Source: Camelus ferus
Taxonomy: Eukaryota
Direction: 5' to 3'
Length of the DNA stretch: 64,000 bases
Assembly: GCF_009834535.1 (NCBI RefSeq)
Contig: NC_045707.1
Coordinates: 51,772,001 to 51,836,000, forward strand
The notes under the pieces are model-generated. The model did not search any database. It had not been told where the DNA came from and worked only from the letters and a program-made list of their open reading frames with translations. Position numbers and translations under genes: made by a program. Below are positions 1 to 13,092 of this stretch, one piece after another; within the stretch, counting starts at the first letter, position 1; every line of letters starts with the position of its first letter.

Positions 1-3000
1 TTTTATTGATGGTTACCCTTGATGTGCCAAAGCTTTTAAGTTTAATTAGGTCCATTCATTTATTTTTGCTCTTGTTTCCCTTGCCTGAGCAGACAGAACC
101 AAAAAATATATAGATAAGGCCTATGTAAAAGAATGTATTGCCTATGTTTTCTTCTAGGAGTTTTATGGTTTCAGGTCTTAGACTTAGGTCTTTAATCCAC
201 TTTGAGTTTATTGTATATAGTGTGAGAAAATGTTCTAATTTCATTCTTTAACATGTAGCTCTCTGGCTTTTCCAGCACCACTTATTGAAGAAAACTTTCC
301 CCATTGTATATTCTTGCCTCCTTGAATCTAGATTATTGACCACATGTGCATGGGTTTATTTCTGGGCTCTATATTCTGTTCCATTGATCCATGTGTCTGG
401 TTTTATGCAAATACTGAATTGTTTTGATTACTGTAGCTTTGCAGTATAGTGTGAAGTCTGGGAGTGTGATACCTCCAGCTTTGTTCTTTTTTCTCAACGT
501 TGTTTTGGCTATTCAGCATCTTTTGTTTTTCCATACAGACTTTAGGAATATTTTTTCTAGTCTGTGAAAAACATCATGGATATTTTGATATGGATTATAT
601 TAAATCTGTAGATTGCTTTTGGTATTAGGACAATTTTAATAATAAATTCTTCCAATCCATGAGCATGGAATGTCCTTCCATTTCTTTATGTCAACTTCAG
701 TTTCCTTCATCAGTGTTTTAGTTTTCAGAGTATAGGTCTTTCACCTCCTTGGTTAAATGCATTCTTAGGTAGTTTATTCTTTTTGATGAGATTTTAAATA
801 GAATTTTTTTTTCTGCTTTCTCTGATAGTTCATTAATACTGTATAGAAAAGCAACTTTTTTGTGTGTGTGTGAGTAAAAGTAGATTTATTCAGAGAGATA
901 CACACTCCATAGACAGAGTGCAGGCCATCTCAGAAGGCAAGATAGGCCTAGGAGATACACATTTCATGCTGAATGCAGGCGTCTTAGAAGGGAGAGCCCT
1001 AGAAGGATGGGGCGAGGAAGAATGAGATCAGCGAGATTTCTGTATATTCACTTTGAATCCTGCAACCATATTGAATTCTTTTATTAGTTCTAATAGTTTT
1101 TTGAAAGAGTTTTTAGGATTTTCTATGTATAGTATCAAATCATCTGCAAATAGTGACAGTTTTACTTCTTTCCTTCCAATTTGGATGCTTTTTCCTTTTT
1201 TCTTTCTTTTTTTTTTTTTTTTTTTTTGGTCCAATTGCTGTGGTTAGGATTTCCAATACTATTTTAAATAGAAATGGTGAGAGTAGGCATTGTCTTATTT
1301 TTGATGTTAGAGTAAAAACTTTAAGCTTTTCACCCTTGAATATGACATTAGCTGTGGGTTTGTCATATATATAGCCTTTATTATGTTGAGGTATGTTTCC
1401 TCTATGTCCATTTTGTTGGTAATTTTTATCACAAATGTATGTTGAATTTTGTCAAATGCTTTTTCTGCATCTATTGAGATGATCATATGTTTTTTTATTC
1501 TTCATTTTGTTAATGTGATCTATCATGCTGATTGACCTGAGGATGTTGAGCCATCTTGCATCGCTGGAATAAATTCCACTTGATCATTGTGTATGATCCT
1601 TTCAGTGTATTGTTGAATTCATTTTGCAAGTATTTTGCTGAGGATTTTTGCATCTTTGTTCATCAGTGATACTGGTTTGTAATTTTCTTGTTTTTGGTAG
1701 TGTTGTTGTCTCATTTTAGTATCAGGGTAAGAATGAGTTTGGGAGTGCTCCCTCTTCTTCAATTTTTTGAAACAGAGAAAAGTAGGTATCAACTCTTCTT
1801 TCAGTGGTTGGTAAGATTCCACTGTGGAGCCATCTGGTCCTGGACTTTAGTTTGTTGACAGTTACTTGATTATTGATTCAATTTCAATACTAGTAATTGA
1901 TCTGTCCAGATTATCTGTTTCTTGCTGATTCACCCTTGGAAGATTGCATTTTTCTTTTAAGTTGTCCAATTTGTTGGCATATAACTATTCAAAGTATTTT
2001 CTTATAATTGTTTTTTTCTGTGATATTGGTTTCAATATCTTCTCTTTCAATTCTAATTTTCTTTTTTTGCATCCTTTTTTTCTTAATGAGCCTGGCTAAC
2101 AGTCTATCAATTTTTTTCTTTATCTTTTCAAAGAACCAGCTCTTAGTTTCACTACCTTTTCTATTTTTTTCTTTGGTTTCTATATTATTTATTTATGCTC
2201 AGATCTTTATCATTTCCTTCCTTCTGCTGATTTGGGCTTTATTTATTCTTATAATTCCTTTAAATGGAAATTTAGATTGCTTATTTGAGATTTTTCTTGT
2301 TTCTTAAGGGAGGCCCATATCTCTATAGAATTACCTCTTAGAACTATTTTTGTTGCATCCTATAGATTTTGGAAAGTTGTTCATATTTTTTATTTATCTC
2401 AAGATAATTCCTGACTTCCTCTTTGATTACTGATTTGACTCATTGGTATTTTAGTAGCAATGTTTAGTCTCCATATGTTTGTATATTTTTTGTTTTTATT
2501 ACTGTAATTGATATCTAGCTTTATACCATTTGTGGTCAGAAAAGACGTTTGATATTATTTTGATCTTTTAAAATTTATTAAAACTTGTTTTGTGGCATAG
2601 CATGCAATCTGTCCTAGAGAAAGTTCCATGTGTTCTTGAAAAGAATGTATACTCTGCTATTTTTGGATGGATTGTCCTGTGATAATCTATTAAGTCCATC
2701 TGGTCTAGAGTGTCATTTAGGGCTTTTTTTTTTTTTTTTTTTTTTACTGAATTTCTGTCTCAATGATCTAGCCATTGATGTAAGTAGGGTTTTAAAGGCC
2801 CTTACTATTATTGAATTACTGTCAATTGCTCCTTTATGTCTGTTAATATTTGCTGCCTATATTTAGGTGTTTCTATATTGATGCATATATGTTTATAAAT
2901 GTTACATCCTATTCTTGAATTGACCCATTTAACATTATAATCTCCTTCTTTGTCTTTCATTATAGACTTTGTTTTAAAGTCTACTTTGTCTGAGTATTGC

Positions 3001-5640
3001 TATCCCCTCTTTCTTGTTGTTTTCTTTGCATGAAATATCTTTTCCATCCCCACACTTTCAGTCTGTGAGTCCTAGCTCTGAAGTGAGTTTCTTGTAGGCA
3101 GCATATAGATGGATCTTTATTTTTTGTCCAATTAGCCACCCTATCTATGTCTTTTGATTGCAGCATTTAGTCCATTTATATTTAAAATGAAAAAGTGATT
3201 ATTAATAGGTATGTTCTTATTGCCACTTTGTTACTTGTTTTCTGGTTGTTTTTGTAGTTCTTCTGTTCTTTTTTCCTTCTTTTAGTCTCTTTTGTTGAAG
3301 CTTGATGATTTTCTTTAGTGTTATATCTGGGCATCTTTCTCTTTAATATTTGTGTATATATTGTACATTTTGATTTGTGGTTACCATGAAGTTTATATAT
3401 GGTAAACTGTGTCTATTTGTTCTAAACTGATAGTCATTTAAGTTCAAATGCATTCTAAAGATCTACATTTTTTACTCTCACGTTTTGTGTTTTTGATGTC
3501 ATATTTTACATCTTCATGTCTATCCCTTAACTGTTTACGGCAGTTATAGTTGATTTTACTATTTTTTTCTTTTAGCTTTCATGCTAGCTTTTGTAAGCTG
3601 ATCCACTGCTTTTGCTATGTTTGCTTTTACCAGTAAGATTTTTCCCTTTCAGTGTTTTTGTATTTCTTGCTGTATCCTTTTGTTTTTCAACTAAAGATGA
3701 TTCTTTAACATTTCTTGTAAAGTCAACTTAGTAGCAATGACATTTAGTTTTCGCTTGTCTAGGAAACTTTCTCTCCCCTTCAATTCTAGATGATAACTTT
3801 GCTGGTTAGAATATTCTAGGTTGTATGTTTTTCTCTTTCAGCACCTTAAGTATGTCACATCACTCACTTCTGGCCTGCAAAGTTTCTGCTGAAAAATCAG
3901 TTCATAGCCTTATGGGGTTTCCCTTGTATGTGATGCTTGTTTTTCTCTTGATGCCTTTAAGATTCTCTATCTTTAAATTTTAACATTTTTATTATAATGT
4001 CTTATTTTGGATCTCTTTGGGTTAATCTTGTTTGGGACCCTCTGTGCTTCCTATACCTGGGTATATGTTTCCTTTCCCACATTAGGGGAGTTTTCAGCCA
4101 TTATTTCTTCAAAATAAGTTTTCTGTCCCTTCTCTCTTCTTCTGAGATACCTAGCTTTATGTTGTCCCACAGGTCCCTTAAACTCTCTTCATTTTTAAAA
4201 ATTCTTTTTTTTTTTTTTTTTTTGTTCTGATTAGGTAATTGCCACTATTCTGTCTTCCAGGTTGCTTATGCATTCTTCTGTATCACCTAGTCTGCTGTTA
4301 ATTTATTCTATTATAGTTTTCATTTCAGTTATTGTATTCTTTAGCTCTGATTTTTTTTCTACTTCTTTGCTGAAGTTCTGACTGTGTTCTCCTATTCTTT
4401 TCCGGAGCTCAGTTAGGATTTTTTTTTTATTACTGTTACCTGATAAAGCATTTGAGGCAAGTTACTTATCTCCACGTCAGTAGGGTTTTCTCTGGGGTTT
4501 TATATTGTTCTTTCATTTGAAATATATCCATCTGTTTTCTTATTGTGTTTGACTGTTTCTCTATGGACTTAGGTAAAACAATTATCTATCCTGGTCTTGA
4601 GGGTCTTGTGTGAGAGTGTCCCTATGCAGTCTGGTGTGCCCAGTGGCTTTGTTGGGAGAATTGTATCTGAAATGTACACAGGCTGCATCTTCTCCTGGGG
4701 TACACTGGCAGCTGCCACCTTGGAAGAAGATAAGACTGGAGCTGGAGGAGCTAGAGCTGGAGTCAGGTGTGAGCTAGGCCTAGTGGTGCTCACAGCACTA
4801 TCAGGGAAGGGGATGAGGCCTGAGGGTTTGGAGCAGGAACCGAGGGGGTTAGGCTTCTCCCCAGCATGATGGCACACTCTGCCTTGGTTGGAGCACAGAA
4901 GGAGCCGGAGGACTTGGGGCTGTGCCTTTGTGCTGGTTCTGATTTTTCCTGGGTACATGCACTCTGATTAGAGGTGGGGTTAGGGCCCAAGGGGTGGGAG
5001 CTGCACTTCTGAGCAAGCTGGCTCTGGGTCTTGGCGCTGTGCAGATGCAGGGCTGGAGCTTGAGCTGGTGCTGCCCCTTTCCCAGTGTGTGTATGTGTTG
5101 GCAATGGTGGCCTCTGCTTTAGCAGGAAGCAGGGCTGGAGAGGAGCCCAGTGTGGGCTCAGGTGCACACTAGGGTGGTCCTAGCAGGCTGGCCTGAGCAC
5201 CAGTCAGTTTTTAATTGGGTGCAAGCAAATTTGTCTGCATGTTCCAGAGCAGAGTCTTGGTTTTCTTCAGCCCTCTGGTAAGCCCCACTAGTTTTCAATC
5301 CAGCTAAGGGGCTTATTTTCCTCAGTGTCAGACCCTGAGGCTGAGGTGACTAAGATAGGTCTCAAATCCTTTACTCCTTAGGGAGGATCCCTGAGTCCCT
5401 GACATCCTCCTCCTCTTAATGAGCCATCTGCTAGAGGTGTGGGTCCCAAATAGATGGCTTCTCCTTCCCTCCAACCAGACTCTGTGTGATTCTTCCTTTA
5501 TGGTCTTGATTGTAGAAGAACCATGCTTCTAGTCTTCAGGTTGCTTTCAGTGAGGTTGCTCTACATGCTGTTGTAGTTTTGATGTGTTTAATGGGTGAGA
5601 GGTGAGCTCAGGGTCTTTCTACTCCGCTGTCTTGATCCTG
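1..5640 (-). mobile_element. LINE-1, long decayed copy (5'UTR ~4550-5640, ORF1 ~3690-4545, inter-ORF spacer, ORF2 from 3226 running off the window start)
   Basis: Minus-strand peptides [46 protein letters not shown] (RT FADD motif), YKPVSLMNKDAKILSKILA and DPSICCLQETH (endonuclease). ORF2 start decayed to GTGGCAATAAGAACATAC at 3226. The GC-richer 5' end CAAGACAGCGGAGTAGAAAGACCCTGAGCTCACC is homologous to the 5' ends at ~14400 and ~43820. Many stops and frameshifts. Confidence 0.95.
856..1033 (-). mobile_element. Insert in L1 ORF2: 3' end of an ERV LTR transcript with polyA signal and A/CA tail
   Basis: L1 text GTATAGAAAAGCAAC|AGATTTCTGTATATT is split by 178 bp. The reverse complement ends GAGATGGCCTGCACTCTGTCTATGGAGTGTGTATCTCTCTGAATAAATCTACTTTTACTC(AC)n AAAAAA, matching the LTRs at 29905 and 33895. 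Confidence 0.8.
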
Positions 5641-6423
5641 ACTATTCCTAAAATCAAAAATTGTCTTTTTTAGCTGATACTGAATATTATTGACAAATAC
5701 CACACAGAAAAGGACTTCATAATTTCCTAAAAAGATAAATAAAATAGTAAAATTATAATGTATATGTTGATCATTTGTTATATACAAAACTCCATGGTGA
5801 ATAACTTAAACGTACTGATAATATTTCTGCACAAGATGCCTTTATGAGATATGTACAGATGAAGAAACTGAGAACAAAACGAGTTAATGAATTAAGTTTA
5901 TACAATGTGTGATGATGTTAGAATTGGTAAACAGGTAGTCTAAATATAGATTGTAAGAACTTAAAAATAATAGTTGGGAGAGTACTTGCATTCCAAGACA
6001 TGTTAATATTTATTTGTATCTTTATCTACCTATACCTCTGTGTATATGTCATAATCACTCTCTCCACCTATGGATAAATTCAGATAATATACTTCAATCT
6101 TGGTGGTTAACAGACTAGAGCTCTTCTATTAGCCAGCCTCTTCAAACTTTAAAGAGAAGATGTAATTGTAATTAATTAGAAGTAAATATTTTCAAGATTG
6201 GAAAAGAAGGATTTAATAAAACATTACTGGGTTAAAGTTGTATAAAGAAATGAGGCTTTATAAAGGTCAAATTAACCAAAATGAATGAGACAGAATATTT
6301 TCATTTCCTAGTAAAATTTTATATTGAAGGTCTCTAAATTTATATTAGATAAAACAAAGAGGAATTGTTTTTCTTTCAGGTAATTAGTACCAAGTCCACA
6401 TGACTGCTCTGGTCCTATAATTC

Positions 6424-6810
6424 TGTGCATCAGTCAGAATAGGTAATTCATGTTATGTTATAAAAAGTTCTCAGATATTGTAGCTTATAGTAACAGTAAT
6501 ACTAGTAATTATACAGATTTATTTCTGGCTCTGCTCTGCCTTATTCTGAGTAAAGGATGAAGGCTAAGAAAGGCTCTATCAATGTTTCCAGATTGCTAAG
6601 GCAGGAGACAGAACATACAAACCACAATCTGGCCTTTTAGAGTCTCTTCTGGGAAGGACCATGCATCATTTCCAATCATGTCTATTTGCCAAAGGAAGAA
6701 ACATTGCTGTTGCAAACTTCAGAAGTCATAGATAACGAGAAATCCTACCATATACACTTAGGAGACAGAAAGCTGGGAATGTTTGGGGAACAGCACAAAT
6801 AACTACCTCA
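6424..6810 (-). mobile_element. Old MaLR LTR (MLT1K-like)
   Basis: Starts TGTGCATCAGTCAGAATAGG and ends TTTGGGGAACAGCACAAATAACTACCTCA, resembling recalled MLT1J/K termini. Confidence 0.6.
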
Positions 6811-7741
6811 TAGTGAGTACCATTTCCAAAGAGTACGAGGGAACAAAGAATCAAGTGAAAGAAGTTTCTCAGGGTCACCTGAGGAAAGAAGTTTGCTCCA
6901 GGCACCTAGAATGCCACTATATTTGGATTTTATAATTTTTAGAGGAATTTGGATGTCAGTTTCCAAAATGTGCCTGCTTAGAAATGAACTTTTATAATAA
7001 AAATTATATTTCAATTTCACAAAATTATCAAAATAAGCATCTGTTATTTTTCATGTTGGTTCAAATTTGTTTCCATCACTGCCATCCCCCCACCTCAAGG
7101 ACACACTTTCTCATATATGCAGGTTGTCACTGGAAAGAAGTGGGTAATTAAGGTGGTCTTCATATTATATGTAATTTTCAGATACTAGTTATTTTCACTG
7201 GTATTTCACAACTGATGGGCACATTGCTTTTTTTTTTTTTTTTTTTCTTGCCCGAGAACTGCTGGTCATTGTAATTCCTCCAGAGACAGCTTTTGAATAT
7301 TTTAACAGTAAAATAATTCTTGAATTCTTTAATCAATATATTCTTTGGTTTTAGAGTCCCTGTTTATGTTATTCTTACCCAAATATAAAAAGGTGCTAAA
7401 ATGGACTTTTTCCATTAGCTGTTTGATGGATTATGAGAAACAATTTCAAATAAATCTACTGATTTTTTTTTTTTTTGGCTATTTTTTAAGATCAGTCTTA
7501 GGTTTATAGAAAAGAGTGGAAAGTACAGAAAGTTCCCATACTCCCTCTGTCTACTACCAAATCTCCTAACATACATAGTTTCCCCTATTATTAGTGTCTT
7601 ATACTGATGTGGTATCTTTGTTATAATTATATTGATACAATATTATTAACTAAAGGCCATCCATAGTTTAAATTACAGTTCATTTGTACAGTTCATGGGT
7701 TTTGATAGATGTATTATGCCATGTATCCACAATTACAACAT

Positions 7742-8083
7742 TGGTATTGACTATTTGTGTCTTCACAAAATTCGTATCTTGAAATTCTAACCCACAATGT
7801 GATGGTATTTGAAAATGGGGCCTTTGGGAGGGTTAAATTAGGTCATGAGGGTGGGGACCTCCTGCTGGGATTAATGCCCTTACACTTCTCTTTCTTCCTC
7901 TCTGCTTGCACATACTAAGGAAAGCCATGTAAGACTATAAACAGTAAGAAGGTACTCACCAACACCCAACCATGCTGGCATCCTGATCTCAGACTTCCAG
8001 CCTCCAGAACTGTGAGCAGTAAGTGCTGTTTAAATCATTCAGTCTATGGTAGTTTGTTATAGCAGCTCAAGTAGACTAACACA
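7742..8083 (+). mobile_element. MaLR solo LTR (MLT1A-like)
   Basis: AATGTGATGGTATTTGAAAATGGGGCCTTTGGGAGG ... GACTTCCAGCCTCCAGAACTGTGAG ... TTTGTTATAGCAGCTCAAGTAGACTAACACA. Confidence 0.85.
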
Positions 8084-8097
8084 AGTGCTGTAACACC

Positions 8098-8537
8098 TGT
8101 GAAATAAAATTCATATTTTGTGGCAAGATAAGAAAAATTTAAACAAATTACCTGCCCTTTGGCCTCCCTCCTTCCCCCTCACTGTGCATAGTGTATCTGC
8201 ATTATGCATCAACCAAACCTCCCCCATCAGCAGGAATACCTGCTCAACCTTAAAGAGCAACATTCTCCCAGCATCAACAAGACAACTCCTTAAAAGATAA
8301 CTTTCCTTCTTGATCTTGTAAGGGGTCAGGATTAGGCTTATGTCTAGATTATGTAAACTGTCAATAATACACCCTCTGTCTCAAAAAACGTATATAAAAC
8401 TGTCTTGATTTCCAACTAGCAGAATGATTCTCAGAGCCTTCTGAGATAGATGCTCTTCCCAGGTTATAATCTTCAAATCTGGTTTAAATTAAGTTTTCCA
8501 TTTCTTTCTTAGATCAACTGATTAATTTCTGTTGCCA
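8098..8537 (+). mobile_element. ERV1-type solo LTR
   Basis: TG...CA termini, perfect 4-bp TSD CACC (8094-8097 / 8538-8541), TATAAAA near 8393. Confidence 0.8.
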
Positions 8538-9437
8538 CACCTATGATGTTCCACCTGTCTGGTCTACCTTTCCTCCTCCAAACTCCCATCAACCACTGAT
8601 AGTTGTAGTTTCTCCACAGTTTTGCCTTTTTCATAATGTTAAGCAGTTGAAATCATATGGAATGTAACCTTTTCAGATAGGCTTCTTTTATTTAGTAATG
8701 TGCACTTAAAATTCACCCATATCTTTGTATAGTTTAATAGCCCATACCTTTATTATATTGCTTATTAGCACTCCACTGTATGACTCTACCACAGTTTATT
8801 CATCCATTCACCTATTCAAGCCTTATTTGCTTCCATTTATATTGGTTATGAATAAAACTGCCATAAACATTTGTGTGCAGTTTTTTTTTTTAATGTGGAG
8901 ATAAATTTTCAAATCAGTTAGGTAATACCTAGGAATATGACTGCTAGATTCTAATAGTAAGAACGTGCTTAGCTTTGTAGGGAACTCCTAAACTGTCTTT
9001 CAAAGTGGCTGTAACATTTTGCACTCCCACCAGAAATGCATGAGTCACTATATGCTGCATTCCTTCCAAACTGGTATTGTCACTTTTTTTTTTTTTTTTT
9101 GGATTTGACCATTTTAATAGGTAGGTAGTTTTAGTCTCATTTTTGTTTTAATTTTCATTTTCACAATGACAAATGGTGTTGAAGGCTTATATAATATGCT
9201 TATTTGCCACCTGCAAATCTTTGGTATAGTATCTGTTCAGTTCTTTTGCCCATTTCTTAACTGTTTTTTGTTTCTTTTTATTTTGCTGACTTTTAGGAGG
9301 TCTTCATCCCTTTAAGGTAAAAGTCAGTTAGCTGATACGTATTTCACAAATATTTTCTCTCAATTTGTGCCTTGCCTTTCATCCTCTCAAGAATGTATTT
9401 TGCAGTATAGAACATTTTTATTTTAATTAAGTCCAAC

Positions 9438-9995
9438 CTCAAGGCCAGCAGAAAAATCAGTTGCTTCTTGTCTATTTAAAAAATTCACTTGGTTAGGTCA
9501 GACCCATATGATAATATCCTTTATAATTAAAGTCAATTTAATTTGGAATCTCAATTATATCTTCAAAATTCCTTCACCTTTTAACATAACATGATTACAG
9601 GGCTGATATACCATTATGGTCAGAAGTCCTGTCCACAATTAAGGGTTGGGATTATACAGGGCATATACACAGAGGGTGGGAATCCAGGGATCATCTTAGA
9701 ATTCTGCCTACCACAGTCCACCCTCTGGTGCTCAACTCTTCTCATCCTTTACAAACGCAACATACATTTACCCTTTCTCAAGGTTTCCCAGGGTCTCATT
9801 CCTTTATGACATCAACTCAGAGTCCAAAGTCTTTCATCTAAATCTAAATCTCATTAACACAAAACCCCAAAGTTCAAAGTTTTGTCCTCCAGGTTACGTA
9901 TGGATGAATCTCCTGGGTATAATCCATTAGGCGCAACAATTTAGAGCAAAAATTTTTCCCCTATAGGCCTGTGACACTAAAGAGACAAGTTTTCT
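9438..9995 (-). mobile_element. Partial MLT1E/F-like LTR (to 9715) plus adjoining MaLR internal sequence
   Basis: GGATTATACAGGGCATATACAC...ATCTTAGAATTCTGCCTACCACA terminus followed by GTCCACCCTCTGG, as expected at an MLT1 LTR/internal junction. Confidence 0.65.
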
Positions 9996-11294
9996 TACAG
10001 ACAAAATCCAGTAACATTCCAACTCTCATAAGGCTTTCCAACTACAGAAGTCATACATGAATGTGTAATTTCTTTCAAGGTATTGTGGGGTTTTATAAAA
10101 ATAAAAACAAGAATAATAATCAAATTAAAGTTAACTTGTATATTATAAACAATAGTAAAAACTAATGAACTACAAATTTTTAAAACATATATGACACAAA
10201 ACATTCAATACAACTTACATATAAAGTTGTCTTTTAAAAATCTTGCTCCAAAATGAGAAAAAGGAAGGATTCAGAAATGTAGGAATGAAAATAAGCAGAA
10301 TTTTTATGAAAGAAAATAATGATCTCATTCATAAATGAAATTTCTTGCCTATTAATTTAATATTTAAAATATTATTCAATTGCTATATATGTTGATAAAT
10401 TGATACTCTCATCTGGTCCAAATTTTTAGGGCTGTAGTTTAGTAGTATGTGCCAAGAATTTTTTAAAATATCATATATATTAAGGCAGCTTCATAATTTT
10501 TAGAAATTCAGTCTAAGAAATGATCAGAAATGAAAGTTAAGATTTATTGTAAAAATGGTCATTTTGTTTTTTACAGTAATTCAAAGGCAAATATCTAATA
10601 AAATTTAATTGTATAAATTCCTAATTATCAATGTATTGGAATAATGGCCACTTTACAAATGTTTCATAAGATTACGTCCAAATGTTCAAAAAGACAATGT
10701 TCAACTGAAAATGAAGAAAGAAAAGTCAAGGGAAAAACTTTCTAAACAATATGACCTTATTTTAAGTCATATTTATTCATAAAAGTGTCTTTGATAAAAA
10801 TTAGTACCTAAAGGATATATGCAGTGTGATGACGTATAAATAGAAACATAAAGCCTAAAAGTACTTTATGTGGGGTTATCTTTGGGTTGTTGAATTAAGG
10901 ATGATTTTTAATTGTCTTCCTTATGATTTTTAATTCTTTTCCTCTAACTTTTATACACTTAACATTATAGCAATAATTGTATAATTTTATGTGATTATAA
11001 AAAGCAATATTTTGGGAAGAAAAAGTGTCCTTTTTTAGTATCTGGGCTCTTTGAATAATTGTTATTTAGTAACCTAAATAATCTTTTATTACTTTTCAGT
11101 ACATCACTAATGCTTAAAATAGTTAATCAGCACATGAGAATATTCAAAAGTCACCATTCTCCTATGCAAAAATACTTATTACCCACTGACAGATTTGATT
11201 TAATTTGAAAAATAAATGTCTTAATTTTGCACAATATTTAATGAAATTAATTGAGCAGCAGTTAAGTTCAGATAAAATCTTTCTGTTCAGCCAT

Positions 11295-11505
11295 GAGAGT
11301 GTGGTAGAAAGCCTTTTGTATTGGGCAGGCATTGGGTCAAATTCTAGAATTATCTCACTTGCTATGTGATCTTGGCAAGACTGCTCAAGCTCTATTTTGT
11401 AAAATGAGGATACTAATGCCTTCATTCAGGGTTTTGATTTGACGCCACCTGAAATGTAGAAGCTCCTGCGCCTTTTGATTACAGCAGACATGTAATAAAT
11501 GTGCA
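11295..11505 (+). mobile_element. MIR SINE remnant
   Basis: TGGGTCAAATTCTAG...CACTTGCTATGTGATCTTGGCAAG...TGTAAAATGAGGATACTAAT core. Confidence 0.6.
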
Positions 11506-12149
11506 TTCACTTCTCATATGACTTTCAGTAAATGTTTAATTTACTCACTTCTCCAGAGATGAAAACTCCTTTTTTCAGAGGGGAAAAGGGAAGATGCGCT
11601 TTTTAAGGGTTGTAATTGCATTCATGGAAAAATGCTTGACTATTCCTAAAGAGAAAAAAAAAGTGAAGAAAACAAAAAGAAAGGAAAAAAAGAAATTTTG
11701 TTTTTGCTACTAGTAGAAATGATACAAAAATTCTCTTCTAAGCTGCTCAGGCTAAGCAGCTGAAGTGGTTCCTTGTTGTTGCCTGCCAATGAAAGCCCCC
11801 TTCCTGGATGGTACTATGAGGAAGGGAAGGGAAGGGAATGAGGAAATCACATCACACCTGGAATTCTGGAATGGCTTTCACTTCTGCTCCACTGATAAGT
11901 CTGTCTGTAACTATTTAAATACTAATTCCTTTGATTATAATGTTTCATCATAAACTTGATATGTGGTATGCAAGCACACTTTTACTTATTATTATTACTA
12001 TTTACTTTTAATGGGCAGTTTGGGATAAATAATTCTTTCATATGAACTTACAGTTTATCCAATCCTGAAAAAGTTAACATTCATCACTTGAACAGAAATT
12101 GCATAGGTTTTGTGTATTGTTCAATTTAGACCAAAGGATAATCTATAAA

Positions 12150-12365
12150 GCCAGAAAATGGGTAATTATGAGTACAGACAGTTTAAAACTTATTTCTACA
12201 ACTCACTAGTTGTATGATCTTGAACACATCAGTTAGCCTCCCTGAAGCTCACTTTCACAATCTAAAAAATAGGGTTAGAATAAAGCACAGATTGTGGCTA
12301 AGTGAAAATGGTACATTATCAGTGGTAAGGTACTTAGTGGCATACAGTAATTTATCAATAAATTT
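12150..12365 (+). mobile_element. MIR SINE remnant
   Basis: CACTAGTTGTATGATCTTGAACA...CTCCCTGAAGCTCACTTTCACAATCTAAAAAATAGGG...TGGCATACAGTAA. Confidence 0.6.
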
Positions 12366-12989
12366 TAAAGTTTACTGCAAACTATGGTATACACTGGTCA
12401 TGATTTGAATGGAGTATTTTTCCATTTTTATTTCTGTTTATTGATAGCACATGGAGAGGAAAATTCGGGTCTTGTATATTTACTTCGGATCCGTTCACTT
12501 AGTAATTCTAATTGTTTTTTTTTTTTACCTGGAGTATTTCTTTCCAGCTGTAGAATTATAAGTGCTTATTTCAGCACACTTGCTGGAAACTTCAGAAATA
12601 CATTGAAGTATAATGGCCAACAAGTGAATCTCTGTGGTTCCTAATATTAACTTTAAAATGTTTGATATTTAAATTGCTTTCTTCTATCCCTTCTATTCAT
12701 ATTTCACTTTAAAAACAGCTACACAATGTTAGGAATGCCTTTTGAGCACCAATTGGCATGGTCTTATTGGGTCATTATTTTTCTTTATAATAAATTATAA
12801 ATATACTCTGATAAATAGTAATCTTTTATATTATAATATTTCATTTGTGGAATAACCTCACATTAATATATTATTATTTGGTATTTTTGGTATTTAAATT
12901 ACTCTGGGACTTATAAAATTAAACATGAAGCTCTCAAATTGCCTGCCCTCTCACCTTGCTATGGAATAATGTCAGATGTAAGTTTTATT

Positions 12990-13092
12990 ATACAAGGGTC
13001 CTTGATTTATTTATTTTCATTGCAGCATTCCTGAACCTCAAGTAACTGGCAAGGCAATAATCTCAATAAATATTTGTTGAACTAATTAATTA
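12990..13092 (+). mobile_element. L2 3' end remnant
   Basis: CTCAATAAATATTTGTTGAACTAATTAAT, the characteristic L2 terminus. Confidence 0.5.

Larger units (their letters stand above)
7462..9437 (-). mobile_element. Old L1 (L1MB/MC-type) 3' end, interrupted by two LTRs
   Basis: T-run, then AAAGTACAGAAAGTTCCCATACTCC; later TTCCATTTATATTGGTTATGAATAAAACTGCCATAAACAT and CAAAGTGGCTGTAACATTTTGCACTCCCACCAG, typical antisense L1 3' sequence. Confidence 0.8.

Noticed and set aside
4569..5167. Overlapping 90-129 aa ORFs in GC-rich sequence (possible gene or ORF0 analogue)
   Set aside because: They lie in the L1 5'UTR, where higher GC lowers stop frequency; no recognisable domain and no counterpart in the other 5'UTR copies.
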